Source: Azolla caroliniana
Lineage: Eukaryota; Plantae; Polypodiophyta
Direction: 5' to 3'
Assembly (NCBI GenBank): GCA_043228905.1
Contig: JBHGNT010000016.1
Location: 3,658,001-3,722,000, forward strand
Length of the DNA stretch: 64,000 nt
Shown: in pieces, positions 12,500 to 25,557 of the stretch
Layout: every line of letters begins with the position of its first letter
How positions within the stretch are numbered: the stretch's first letter is position 1
Made by a program: the position numbers and the translations under genes
Notes under the pieces: model-generated
Told to the model about the DNA's origin: nothing
Seen by the model: the letters and a program-made list of their open reading frames with translations, nothing else
Databases searched by the model: none

Positions 12500-13750
12500 A
12501 AAGAGTAATAAGAATGGAAAGAATTTGATGATGGATAAATACAACATCAAAAGATACTGCCACTGAAAGGGAAGTCAATGCTATGGAAATAACCACAATA
12601 AGATTTCGTAGGACCGATGTGTCACGATGTGTAGGGACAAATTAAAACAATGGATCACAAGTTTGGAGCTTTATAAGATAGATATATCAATTGACAATCT
12701 AGAGCAAAGAATCAACAACCAGTTGATAGTTGTGATGTAGTGGGCAACATGGCCATAATTACACCTTGTCAACACAGCCATAGCGACGTGTGTATGCACA
12801 AAGTGGGTATGCCAAATGCACGTCTTAATCATGGTCTGCGTTATGCCTCTTCATGAAGGTTGTGTACAGGGTTGGATTGACTTTTACTCTATTGTTAGTA
12901 ACATTGGTAGGAACTATTGCTAATTGTTCCTATGATTCTAACAATCACGTTAAGCACACAGACCAAATCTAATACCCTCTCTTACTATGGATGGTTATTT
13001 AGCTTGAAGACCACTTAATCTAAACATTTTAAAACACTTAATACATGTTTGAAAGAGCACAAAGAGAATTACTATGCATCCACTAATAATAATCGCACTT
13101 AATACATGTGATTATAAGGCTTATAGTAATACACATAGTGTTAATCTTGTGTGTGTGTGTGTGTGTGTGCGTTGCCACGTTGGGTCAACATGATGATCTA
13201 ATGATCTCCTTCGCAACAGATTGTTGCATGTGATTGGGTGGACATGCACCCTTTTCGAGGGCAGAGCAGGCAAAAAGTGGGTGTAAACCACTCTCGAGCA
13301 AATCAAATGAATACAAACATCAATATTCCAATACCCTCCTTGATGTCGTGCAAGATCCATTGCACATTGTACAAGGTAGCTAGAATTCCTACTTGACCAC
13401 TTTTGATTTTATGTTAGCCTCATGAAGCCTTTCTGGGGACTCTCTCATCCTCTCCACCTTCATACCTCTATTTGACTTTGATGCCAATTTTTTGACAAAT
13501 CATGAAATTAGCAACACCTTAAATAATCTCAAAACCACGACGCGAATGTGACTTTAATCCCCAAAGATGACACTTCGTCTATTTCTAGCCAACCTCCAAT
13601 TCATCGATGACCTTCCAATAAAAATAATTGAAGCTCACCGTGCCATAGTCACCACATGCAACAAATTGACATAGCATCTTTTGAGGCCTTCTTTGCATCT
13701 CACAAGAAATACAACCATGTTTCAAGCAACGAATCATGCCATTTTCCAAC
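12500..13750 (+). mobile_element. Highly decayed LTR-retrotransposon (Ty3/gypsy-like integrase end) relic
   Basis: ttttatgttagcctcatgaagcctttc at ~13407 reads FYVSLMKPF, like the gypsy FHVSLLKP motif. No open frame; boundaries are a guess. Confidence 0.35.
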
Positions 13751-14225
13751 CTCAAATATCACCATGAAGATGATGTGATGGTGCATCTCATAACCTTCCT
13801 CATGACCTAATTAAATGAATCATGTCTCTAAGCATCTATCTCGGTCCCATTGACATGGAATACTCCTATATTGCCAAAATTTAGCTTACAATTGGACAAT
13901 TGAGATGCTAGCTAGCTAGGGGCATTGTCCCTCAAACTATTTCCACACCTTGTATGGAATAGACATGGATTGCATGTGAACCTTCTAGTGGCGCAGTTTC
14001 TTGAAGGAAACTAACTCGTTTACGGGGCATATCAACGAATGCCGCCCGATAAAGGCTTATTATAGTTCTCCATTACATGTCTGAAGTTTGTGGCATTCAA
14101 TTTCTTACCTAAGCTTGAAAGTTGGTCTACCTTTCTCTCTACTTTTTTCCATCTATTATCTTCAGCACCATAACAATTTCTATTGTTCTCTCCTCCCTCG
14201 TATCATGTAAAGAGAGAAGAAGTTG

Positions 14226-15325
14226 AGGACCAGTTACCTGAAGCCGAGTATGCTACCAATCTTATATCATAAAACATCATGCTCTCAATCTATGAAGTTG
14301 GGTTCTACAAAGAAGTAGGAATCCTGGGATGACAAGTAGATCAATACTTGATCAATACTTTTTGTATGCTTTCAGATCGGAGAGTAGATCTCACAGACCG
14401 AAATTTCTCGCATCAACATACCCTTACAGGTAGCTCACTCCAGAGGTTTGTTTTTCAACCTGTTCCATGATCTTCTCTGATCATGTCATTTATATGTGGC
14501 TGTTTCATCAGGCAAAAGAGAACTTTAGACAGAGTTTATAATTAAGTATTATGTTTTCTACATTTACCCAGGTCAATAAAACGACTTTATAACTCTTTTT
14601 TGAATCTAGTGACTATGAAACTGAGACAGCTGGCAAGTGCATTGGGTTACCCAAATCTCTCTATAATTTCAATTCCACATGACCTGTTATAATACCTATA
14701 CTGAAAAGAAACTGTCAACCGACTCAATAGAAGTGATGCCGTCTTGATATTTAGTTGAATTCAGAGAGAAGCATTCTCTTCTTTCTCACAATCTTTTGGT
14801 GTTAGCAGCTTTGTAACAATATTATGAGCCCACTTGATAGCTTTAGATAAATTGGATGTAATTTCTAAGTTGGTTAAATGTTGTTTTGTTTCGCCATATG
14901 AAGTGGAGTGGTTAATGTTTGCACACTTCATTTGCAATGATCGGTGATCGAGTCAGACTCAATAGTGTATGTTATCTATTGTGTTGGTTCATGTGACTTG
15001 CAACTAAAGAAACTCATTTGATCTTGATTCTCCCGGGCACAAAACGGCATTAATTTGAACTTACGCTACTTATTCTTGCATATTTGGGCACTTCATGTAG
15101 GGTTTTGGCAAGGGGGCGGGGATGTGAGCTCATTACTTTATTGAGAATGAATGACAAATTAACCTTTCCAATCTGTAGTATATTCAATCTTTTGCATTTC
15201 GCATTGGTTTGTCAGTGCAGTGCCTTGTATTCTAATTATCTAATTTCTTCAGCATAGAATTAGATGTTCTTGTTAGAGTGTATTGAATCGATTCCCATAA
15301 TAATTATGACTAGATGATTCTCAAC
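14226..15325 (+). pseudogene. Decayed partial genomic duplicate of callose synthase (end of exon 3, intron 3, exon 4, intron 4)
   Basis: Collinear similarity to ~29362-30780. Examples: catcatgctctcaat (14275 vs 29408), agctcactccagaggtttgttt (14432 vs 29774), gactatgaaactgagacagctggca (14611 vs ~29985), ttggttaaatgttgt (14870 vs 30384). Several internal deletions. Confidence 0.9.
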
Positions 15326-17099
15326 TCAACTCCATGAAGGTCATGCTCAACCCTTCTTTTCCGTCAACTCATTTTATCATGCTCATGCCACCATCGACAT
15401 ATTGAAGCTAAGATGTTGTGATCTGAGTTGGGCTTCATCAACACCTCCATTGTGATCCTTGACTCCTACACCCAAACACCCCCTCGCTTCCAAATGTCAT
15501 TCGAGCTATTCTCCATACCCTACACCTTCCACACTTCTAAACATCTAACCTACAAGCACTAAACCTTGCAAGCATGTGCGTATATGCACATACAATCCTA
15601 CACACATTTACATGTGCATAAAAGAACACACGCACATTTACACATACAAAACACACACTCAAGATAGCCAATTTTACACATAAACTTACAACTCCACGCT
15701 CAAACACACCAATGCCCATATATGCACATACATTCACACACATTAGCCGATGCCATATTTCATTATTTAAAGGAAGTAAGTTGGGCTTATTAGAATCTAT
15801 ATTGTAAAGCAATGAACCCTTCGAAGATCATCATTACTATTATTTGGAGCAAAGAAGTAAACATTAACATACTCTTGATGAATAAAACTTTTCATGCTGG
15901 TGATTGTGATAATTTATCTCGCCGCATTATGCTACATAATCCAATCAAAACAATATTGAGCGAGGAGCAATTCCATATATGATCTACATCGTACACCTTC
16001 AAAACATTAGAGAATAAGAATTCGTTGAACAAGATAAAAACACACACATCCTTGATTAATATGGAGTCGTTTCATTTTTATAACTTTTTGCAATAGATGA
16101 ACTTGCTAGAAGGTATGCTGAAAGAGTGTTTCATTTATTTGCCCAATTTGTTACACATCTAATGCCATTTCAAGTATTGAACAGAAATAATATTCCAAAA
16201 AGAAGGTTTTATAAAAGCACATTTTACAACAAAAGCATTCCACCACATCTTCGAGAACACTTTAACATACGAAAAGTATTGTCATTTTAGAAAGGATAAT
16301 TAGTTGATATATCTATGCAAAGAGTACTAAAAATGGCAAGATAATCTAAACTACATGAAGATCTTACTTTAAATGCCAATATAATCCAAACTTCATGAAG
16401 ATCTTCAAATTTGTCTTGTATGTCTATGAGACAATCGTTATAGATAACTTAAATAGTTGTGCACAAAAATATACTAAAAATTAAAGAATGTAACTTTTTC
16501 TCTCATGTGTGTTATGAATAGTTGTTTTGAAAACGATAGTGTTATATATTCTATAGGGAACATTGTGTACTTGTGTTTTAATTGAAAAAAGAAGAAGCTT
16601 TTGTGTGGCATCTACCTAAACTTGGATGACATTTGCATTACATGATATGAGGTCATTTAATATATTCAAAAAACCATTTTATGCAAGGGATCTTGACGGT
16701 ATATAGAAAAAGTAAAAGTGTAATTTGCATAGGTTAGTATGTCATAGAACAAAAGTGCTTGGAACGGTACACATGAAAGTATATGGAAAGGATAGTGCGC
16801 AACATACACTACATAAGCAATAACCAATAAATTCCACTTGATTCGATTGTTGCCCATTGACATATAGAATGGGGGTAATAGTGGTGTATCCTATGATGGT
16901 GCCAATCAATGAGTGGCCTCACCTTTTTCTTTTTCTTTTTTCAAAAAAAAGATTCACCTTGTTATCAATGGAAAGATGCCCAAAGGCTACAAAGAACTCA
17001 TACATTAAAACATAACCATTGTACCCTCATCAACCAACGTGTCGAATAACAAAAGCCCTCACACATCAACCTTACCAACTACATTTATACATAAAAAAT

Positions 17100-18280
17100 C
17101 GGGGTCCTTCCAAGAAAGGGGGGTGGAAAAAGCCAACTTGGTGGAGCATATCTCCACTTTATTCTCTCCCCATAAGTGGTGAAGACCTTTGCCTTTGTCC
17201 ACATTTCTCTTGTGAAACACAACATTAGGCTCACTAGTTATTGCCTCATATTAACCTCTTAGAGTATGAAAAAGCATCTACCATATATCCTTGACTAACT
17301 CAATCGCATTTTGTTTGATTTTTTGAAACACACATTTACATATTGCCCTTCACAATACCCGAACTACTAAAGAAGATATCGTAGACCAAACATTGTCCTC
17401 TACCAAACAACGGATGGCTACAGTAGTATAAGAGACATCCAATACTTGTCTTCCATCAGAGACGAGAAGAAAATCAATACATCCCTTTCCATATTATGTA
17501 TTTCTTCACCTTTATATTCAAATTATTGTAATATATTGAAGTCAAAGAAGATACATATGGATAATGGAAAGACATCAAAACTATCTAGAGGGAAAATGCA
17601 AAGACATTGGCAAACCAAAACAAGAGGGCGACAAGTAGAGAGATAATGAGACAACACATTTCTTCCGTGTTTTTTGTGTTTTTATTTTTCCAAAAAAAAA
17701 ACTACTTCCATTAGTTAAGGTAATGTACATAGGATAATATACAACTCATATCTTACAAGCCAACTTGCATGTCGAAAATAAAACAACGTGTGTAAAGGAA
17801 ACAACAAAAAAACTCCAAAACACAACATTATTCGATGAGCATAGCATTACTCGACAACATACCCTCCACGTAATGCATCATACAACCCAAATTCAGCATA
17901 ACCATCCTCCACTCTCTTCTCATGGCAGCACTCATCTATATGTTAGGCACACTCGGAGGGAACAACCACCGCGGTGGTTGATAATTCCACTTCGCTTTGC
18001 CATCCACCATATGCAGCATTGAAGAACTGCTCCATTTTAGAAGGAACCGAGCTCTAGCTTCTTCACTTGTGTAAAAGGGCCCTTTAAGGCATTCAAACTC
18101 TCCTCATAACATAGAAATTAGATTAAACCAAATCATCATTAAACTCTCAGTCGGGGGCGTACGCTTACCTGAGAAGGTCTCCTTGCACCTAGATACCCAC
18201 ACTTGCCAAACCGTAAGGCCGACCACTAATAACCATATGTCCACGTAGCATTCCTGTATGTAGAATGAACCTCCTCGTGT
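17100..18280 (-). mobile_element. Probable decayed LINE (L1-like) 3' coding relics
   Basis: Trp-rich broken frames on the minus strand (e.g. RARFLLKWSSSSMLHMVDGKAKWNYQPPRWLFPP) next to A/T-rich tails; no diagnostic catalytic motif seen. Confidence 0.3.
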
Positions 18281-20829
18281 TGGTGTTTATTGTGTTTTCG
18301 CATGTATGTATTCTTCATAAAATCGTTGACTTATATCGTATAACCTCAATTTTGAGAAAGTGTTCTACGATTACCTCTTGAAGTTTTTGAATGACTTGGT
18401 CCCTTCACTTTGATGATAATTTATGAGCTTGGCCAAACAACTGGGTTCACTTTGTCAAAGACATGAGAATGAAATATAGACACGAGAAAACAAAAAATAC
18501 CTAAAACAAATAAAGAAATAAATTTGACAATATGAAAATGTTCAACGACATCTTATTACATGAGGATGGTCGTAAAACTCTTAGTAGTATCATGTGTCAC
18601 GAGAGGGATGTTCATGACACTATTCACAATGTCTCGCCATAAGAGATAGATGATCATGGCTAATACTAGAACGAGCTTACTTTACTAACTACATGTGAAA
18701 GTAGATTGTATTTTCCTGTTTTTATAGGTTTAATATTTTGAGACTTCATCAAGAACTATACTCGTATTCATCGCACACTTACACTCGTGGCAAAAACTTG
18801 CCTATAACATGCATGTAATTTTGATAAATTATTGAGAGTGATGTTTTATCAAGTAAAAATAGTTAGGAACAATTACATACATTTTCTTCATAATATGTCT
18901 AAATAAGTGCCTTGAAGGTGGAAATGGATGCCAATGATCTTAACATATGTAACACCAAAATCAAGACGCTAGCATACACATTTTTAAGCGATAGACTAAT
19001 AGTGAATGTCAGAATTTTACCCGTTAAAAACTTGGTGCCATTCTTTATATGCGTAAAGTTGAGGAAATTCCACTTCTAATGGACATTGGACACAATGCAT
19101 TCTATTAGAATGATTCTCAGTCAATTGGAAACCAATGCACGTGTCTTGCCGTAATGTTTTTTTTAATGGAAACATCATTTTGAGGTATGTGAGAGTCACA
19201 CACTTTCTAAAGTGTAAATATTCGTTCACAAGAGGGCTTCCAACTGCTTTACTTTGAAGATTGCAACAATATACATCACAACATGAAAGTGTGTTTACAC
19301 TTATACATTGTATAAGAAGGTTTGGATTTTTAGATAAATTATTGTTTATATATTCATGACGTTATAATATGTGTGTAGTGGCAAAGCTTGTGCTCTACTA
19401 TGTGAATTGTATTGTATGTTATTGGTTAAAGTTGATAGAATTGGGTTTGATGTTATGTTCAATACAAAATCTCATTCCAAAATTGGTCATTCAAAAGCAA
19501 GTACAGAGACAAACTCTCTCATTTTATGTATGGTTTGTGATAATGCACCATCCTATGCAATTTCTGGTGTCAACCAAACAATTATATAAACAATGATCCA
19601 TGTATAAGTGAGAGTATGATTACAAATGTTATCATCTTCTAAGCAGCCTCACATAACCTACGAGAACAAAAAGTGATTACATCTTTAAGGGTAGACTCGT
19701 ATTCGAGAAGGAAACAAGGAAAAAAGAAATTATCATGCACAAATGTTGAATGGACCTGTGGAATGAGAAGTGAAACATTCACGTGTGCATGTGTGGAGTC
19801 GATTAACTTTTCTTCATGTTCGAAAATTTTACTAATGATTGTTACAATGGGCAGTGCATTGTGACCGTGAGAAAAAAGCATGTAAAAATTCCACTCGATT
19901 GCGATAGTGGGAGGAATGCATGTAAAGATTGGGAACATGTGGAAAGCAAACTCAGTTGTGGCGGGCATTGCTCAATGGATGTATTCCTCTAAACATTTTG
20001 TATATGCACAACAATTCATATGGTCATGGCAAGATGATGCATTATCTTTTTTTGAGTTGGTACCATCAAGTTATCGAGAACTTTGTAATTCATTACAAAA
20101 TGAATTGCTTGTTTCTTCTAGACTGTTGCATTGGCATGGAAAAGCGAAGTTGAGATATCAATTTAATTGTTTACTTTGATTGGGGTTTGTATACTTGGGA
20201 GATGTGATTGATAATGAATCTCAAACTTGTTAGAATTCGAAAATGCTAAGCGATGGGTATGTATTTCCCTAATTTATGGATTTATTAGTGAGAAATTACA
20301 AGATATACCATTGTTGCATGGATATTTGCAAATGAAAACAAATGTTGTGCCTTGGATGAATTGGCGTTTAAAGGACGATATGTGTTTGTTACAAGTCACT
20401 ACAAATGTATTGTATTGTCATGGAAGTACTCTATTGGAGATTTGGCAAGTTCCAACCCATTGTTATTCAAGGCCTCAACATTGGGTTTATTGCTTAGTAT
20501 GTTTCAAAATGGGCCAAATGATGAGTTGAAGATATTGTTCTAAATTTTACGATATTGAGGAATATGTGTAGTGCTTTCATGTTTCATGGTAGACATGGGG
20601 GTGAGGGCGTATGTAAAGAAGTTGAAAGGCATTCTCATGAGGAATGTCCGGATGTTAAAGAGAACATGTGGGGATAATTTCCTCTAAGTGCATAATATTC
20701 GAGGATTCTAATGGCTTCACACGATGTCCCTTTCCCTACATATAGGTAGGTAGAGAGAAGACTAAGTTGTTCTAACAAGTGGAATTTACGTACAATTCAT
20801 ATACTAATTGTGTGCTTTTACCTAAAAAC

Positions 20830-20832
<3 letters not shown>

Positions 20833-20879
<47 letters not shown>
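20833..20879. repeat. (GA)n microsatellite, followed by a CAAARA(G/C)-type low-complexity repeat at ~20929-21007
   Basis: Directly visible. Confidence 0.9.
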
Positions 20880-20882
<3 letters not shown>

Positions 20883-21029
20883 TTACCTTTAGCAAGATTG
20901 GAGAGATGCTCTCTCTCGTTCACTCACAAGCAAAGAGCAAAGGCAAAAAGCAAAAAACAAAGAGCAAAGAGCAAAGAGCAAAAACCAAAAACCAAAAACC
21001 AAAAAAATGCTCCTCTATTACTAAAGGTA

Positions 21030-24000
21030 TCCGATATACTTTTCTTGGTAGAAACACATCAGAGCCCAAATAGAGGACTCCCACGGGTCGAAGGATTCCG
21101 TTGGGAGTCCGCTTTTAGACAAACCTCACGTCGACACGCTACTAGGGGATCTGGAGGTGTCGCGATACTATTTCGTAGAGAGCTACATAATAGGATAGAA
21201 ATAATGAAGATAGACCCAGAAGCTCGTTTTATGTGGGTGAAAGTCTCCACAAGCAAATACCATGCAGTATTTTTCGCCATTTGTTACTTTCCCCCAAAAG
21301 GATCCCGTTATAATATTAATGGCTTGACGAGATTAGTCGATGAAGGAATGCCACATGGGCCTTCTCCATACGAACCCCTATCGGATGACATAATCCGATA
21401 TTCTTCCCAAGGAGAAGTATTTCTTGTAGGAGACTTCAATGCGAGAACCCAATCCCGACAATGCACAGTATTTCAGATGAATAGAAACCTAGAAATGGTA
21501 AATGTTGATCCTTTAGACATAGGCACCACACGTAGATCAAAGGATCAAGGTGCGGACGCCACGAGCTTTGGCCATCATCTGCTCGAACTTGGCAGTCGGC
21601 ACCAGATGGTCATATATAATGGTTTAGCTAAGTGGCCGGGCTCGGAAGAGCTCACATGTTTCCCACATGGAGGAGGGGAAAGCACAATTGACTATCTAAT
21701 AGGGCGCCCGGAAGCTACCCACATGATTAACTCCTTCCGAGTGGCCCCATGCCCTATTGGCGCAGACCATAGTTTCTTATACTTCGAGCTAAAATGTGAT
21801 ATCTCTAAGGTCACCAAGTCTAGTCAACCATGCCATGACACCACAATACATTTCACACATGAGCTCTCTGACATATACTCTCAACATGTTCAGGCCCATC
21901 TCCCCTCCATTGATCCCTCTCTACCGTTAGAAAGCCTTAGTATAAAACTCACACACATCCTTCACTCCGCAACAGCTAGCAGTTTCCCATATACAAAACA
22001 CTCAAATCAAGCTAGATCAGGATCAATGCCACAAAATAAATGGTATGACGAGGATTGTAGGGACCTACATAGACAACTTACAGTATCGCAACTCAATGGT
22101 AGTATTACCTCCATACCAGCTCGCAAAGAAATGCGTAAGATGACACGTCGTAAGAGACGAGTGTGGGAGGCATCCCAATACTGGGAACTCTACCATATGC
22201 TCATGAGTAGCAATTGCGCCACGACATGGAAGAGACTACGGGAGCCAAGACCACAAACACCCATCGAAGATCCCGAAACTTGGCACACATATACAGAGAG
22301 ACTTTACCAAATCCCAAACCAACCACCTTTTCCAATGCCTTCCACACCCCGGCCTACCACGGGGACACTTTTCACGACCTCTAGGGTCATGAAGGTCATA
22401 AAGAAATTACAACATAGGAAGTCCATGGACCACACAAGATTGCGAGCTGAACACATTATATATGCGAGAGAGTGCCTAACTCCCTTGCTAACTCTAATCT
22501 TCAATCGTGCCCTTGCAGAGGGTTTTCCACCACAGTGGACTATGAATACAGTGACCCCCATACATAAAGGGGGGGACCCCATGAACCCAAATACATATAG
22601 GACCATTATGATAGGCCATACCCTTGCTAAGTTATATGGTGCAGTAATGGAAGCAGAGCTTAGCGACTACATGGAGACCCTAAACCTTCGTGCACCTGAA
22701 CAGGCTGGCTTTAGACGAGCCTTCTCCACTATTGATCACATCTTCACACTTAGATGCCTAATTGACCAAACTAGGGCTCGCAAGAAGAGATTATATTGTT
22801 TTTTTGTGGACTTCTGCAAAGCCTTTGACACAATCCCTAGAGATCGGTTGTCTGATAGACTTAAAAGCTTGAGGATACCAGATGATATGGTATGGGCCAT
22901 GTACGCACTATATGAACAAGTGTCCGGGTGTGTCCGATGCCCAGGTGGCCTATCCAATCGTTTCACTAGCACTATTGGTGTAAAACAAGGTTGCCCCCTA
23001 TCACCGACGCTTTTTGGGATCTACATTGTTGAGATCACAGATTTTATTGCTCGTGAGGGAGGCACCGGAGTGGTCCTTGGGGATACGCAGGTTCGTATCT
23101 TGCTCTATGCGGATGACATAGTTTTGCTCTCTGAATCCGAACACGACCTACAGAGGCACCTTAATGCCTTAGATGACTTTTGTGTACAACGAGGATTGGT
23201 AGTGAATCTAGGGAAAATGAAAGTCCTTATCTTCCACACATCGGCCCAAGTTAGAGCTAAGTGTCACCTAACTATCTCCCATAGCCCAGCCGAGGTGGTT
23301 GGATCGTACGTCTATCTCGGAGTCACTTTTAGTGCCCGCTCAGGTAAATTTTCGATGACATAGGTAGCGAAGGATAGACTCACGAGAGGACATGCATCCC
23401 TCTCACTCCTAGAGAGACAATGCCACCAAGCACACTTTCAAGAGCCACGGACTAAAGGGTGGCTCTTTGACTCATTAGTGACCCCCTCCCTCATGTATGC
23501 ATCAGCGGTTTGGGCTCCAGGATTACCATCCTTCATGTGGACGCAATTAGAGAGACCATTGGTGATGATGCTATCCCGCCAACTCCGAAGCAAATCGACT
23601 ATACCACATGACATTATTAGGGCCAAGTTCACGTTACCCCCAATGCTAGTAGAGGCACTTTTTCAACTTGTAGTCTTTATTGATAGGATACATAGCCAAC
23701 CACATGATAGAATGTCTCATCAAGCCTTTAAGGCCTCTCGATCATTGTATGAGTCCGGCTATACTAGCTCATGGTATGGCATGATGGTGACTTGGCTTCT
23801 TGCGAATGGTCTAGACATTAATAACCTATCTCCCCTTAGGTACAACCACACGAGTGATAACACCTTAATCTCTCATGAGAACCGCAATAAAGTAATACGC
23901 CAAGAAATATGGCAAATTTACACTCGGTGTAAATGGATCACCCCACTAGAGCCACTCCCATCTAAAATGTCGTACTATAAGAAACACTTCATGCACTTCT

Positions 24001-24877
24001 CTGAGTTAGGTTTTATCACGCGGCCAAAATATCTAGATGTATTCTTACCACATGCACTAAGGGTTGCCATTGGACAACTTAGAATATCATCTCACCAACT
24101 TGAGATTGAGAATGGCCGTACTAGTGGAGTCCCTAGGGAGGAAAGGATATGTAGGTTATGTCACATAGAGATAGAGGATGAGTACCACTTTACATGCAAG
24201 TGTCCAACCTATGTCGAGATAAGGGCAAAATACCAAGACATACTTGGTCCGTCTCCCACCCTCTCCAAACTATTAGATACTCTAGATATAAAGAAATTAG
24301 GCAAATACATTCTAGAGCTAAAACAACACAGAGAGAATAAATTACAAAATGTTGACAATAATGTTGCTAATGATCACGAACATGTAACAAATGCAGTTTT
24401 TCAGGAACCTGAGGAGACAACGAATGCCGACACACTTGCACCACTCGGCCTTTCCATTGATGAGGCAGAAAACCAGAGAAGAACCAGACGTCCTCGGGTG
24501 CCGGATTTCAAAGCAACTCAATGTGATGTGGAAGCAATATTGAAAATAAGGGAACGTGAGCTACACCGACTAGAAGCCATGGCTAGGGCACTCTCTACAT
24601 TGGAACCCACATCAAGACCCTTTGACCCCCCACTTCTTTTCGAGAGGCTTGGGTGGAAATAAAATTAGGCTTAGTGTATAGTCACTTTCGAGTATACTAC
24701 ATATTGTACACTACTAGAACTCTTTTAGTTTAAGTTCTATTTTTTTTTACTTAATTTTATTTTAGTTATGATGACTGGATAAATATTCTATTGTTGTAAA
24801 CCAATTGTCTCATGGGCCAAATTTGGCCTTAGAAGACGTTAATATATCTTTCTTTCTTTCTCTCTCTCTCTCTCTCT
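21030..24877 (+). mobile_element. Non-LTR retrotransposon (LINE), RTEX-like, 5'-truncated; APE-RT-Cys/His ORF with one in-frame stop
   Basis: APE motifs DILFLVET, GGVAI, VGDFNA, STIDYL, ADH. RT motifs [39 protein letters not shown]-terminal LRISSHQLEIENGR...RICRLCHIEIEDEYHFTCKCPTY. ORFs 20898-23363 and 23478-24662 share a frame and are separated only by TAG 23361-23363. The 3' UTR ends in a stem-loop plus (TCTT)n/(TC)n tail. The first APE motif is missing. LINE identity is firm; the clade is inferred. Confidence 0.93.
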
Positions 24878-25029
24878 GGGTTTTCTTTTGCTTCTTTTTC
24901 TTCTTCTTTCGGCCCCTCCATTTCGTTTATTTTATTTTCCCTCCCTCATTCCTCGTTCTGCGCGCCCGCGCGTGTCTCAGACAGATAGGTCAGTCTGAGT
25001 TTGCAGTGTCTGCACAGTCTCCTCCCACC

Positions 25030-25066
25030 TTCAGCTCCGCCATAGCTGATCTGTTGTCGACTACGA

Positions 25067-25102
<36 letters not shown>

Positions 25103-25192
25103 ATGAGAAATAGAAGGAATGACACCATAATCACTGCAAGAAGAAGGAGAAGCGGAACCCGTCTCTCATCTCTCCGCCATAGATGGTCTGCA

Positions 25193-25227
<35 letters not shown>

Positions 25228-25421
25228 ATGAGTAGAAGAACAGAGATGAAACCATAATCCCTGCCAGAAGAAGGTGAAAACGGAACCTCTCTCCTTTCTA
25301 TCTTCCTCCTCCCAAATTCAGCTCTCCTCTGCAGAACTTGAACTGACACATTCACCTCTCTGCTTGTGTAAAGAAGAAGAAGAAGAAGAAGAAGAAGAAG
25401 AAGAAGAAGAAGAAGAAGAAG
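25030..25421. repeat. ~140 bp tandem duplication, each copy with a (GAC)n run, plus a (GAA)n run, in the promoter/5' UTR of callose synthase
   Basis: ctccgccatag...(gac)n gaatgag...accataatc.ctgc.agaagaagg at ~25034 and ~25173; (GAA)n at 25372-25421. Confidence 0.85.
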
Positions 25422-25557
25422 CCGTTCTCCTTCGCCCAGCTTCTCTACCTGAAAAGAAATCATAACATCCGTGCAACAGAAACCTACTTTCTTCAATCAG
25501 TCTTGCTGCACGATGCTTCCTTAGCCTCTCTTTGTGTGTGTTCCTCTCATTTTCATT

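Noticed and set aside
20898-21030. Lys/Gln-rich N-terminus of the 821 aa ORF as a real domain or ORF1
   Set aside because: It is low-complexity flanking repeat read in frame from a non-ATG start; the LINE is truncated within the endonuclease.
23361-23363. Programmed read-through or RNA-edited stop between two LINE ORFs
   Set aside because: A single C>T mutation is simpler, and plant U-to-C editing is known from organellar transcripts.
24805-25496. Poly-Thr/Arg/Glu/Leu ORFs
   Set aside because: Products of (GAC)n and (GAA)n runs.
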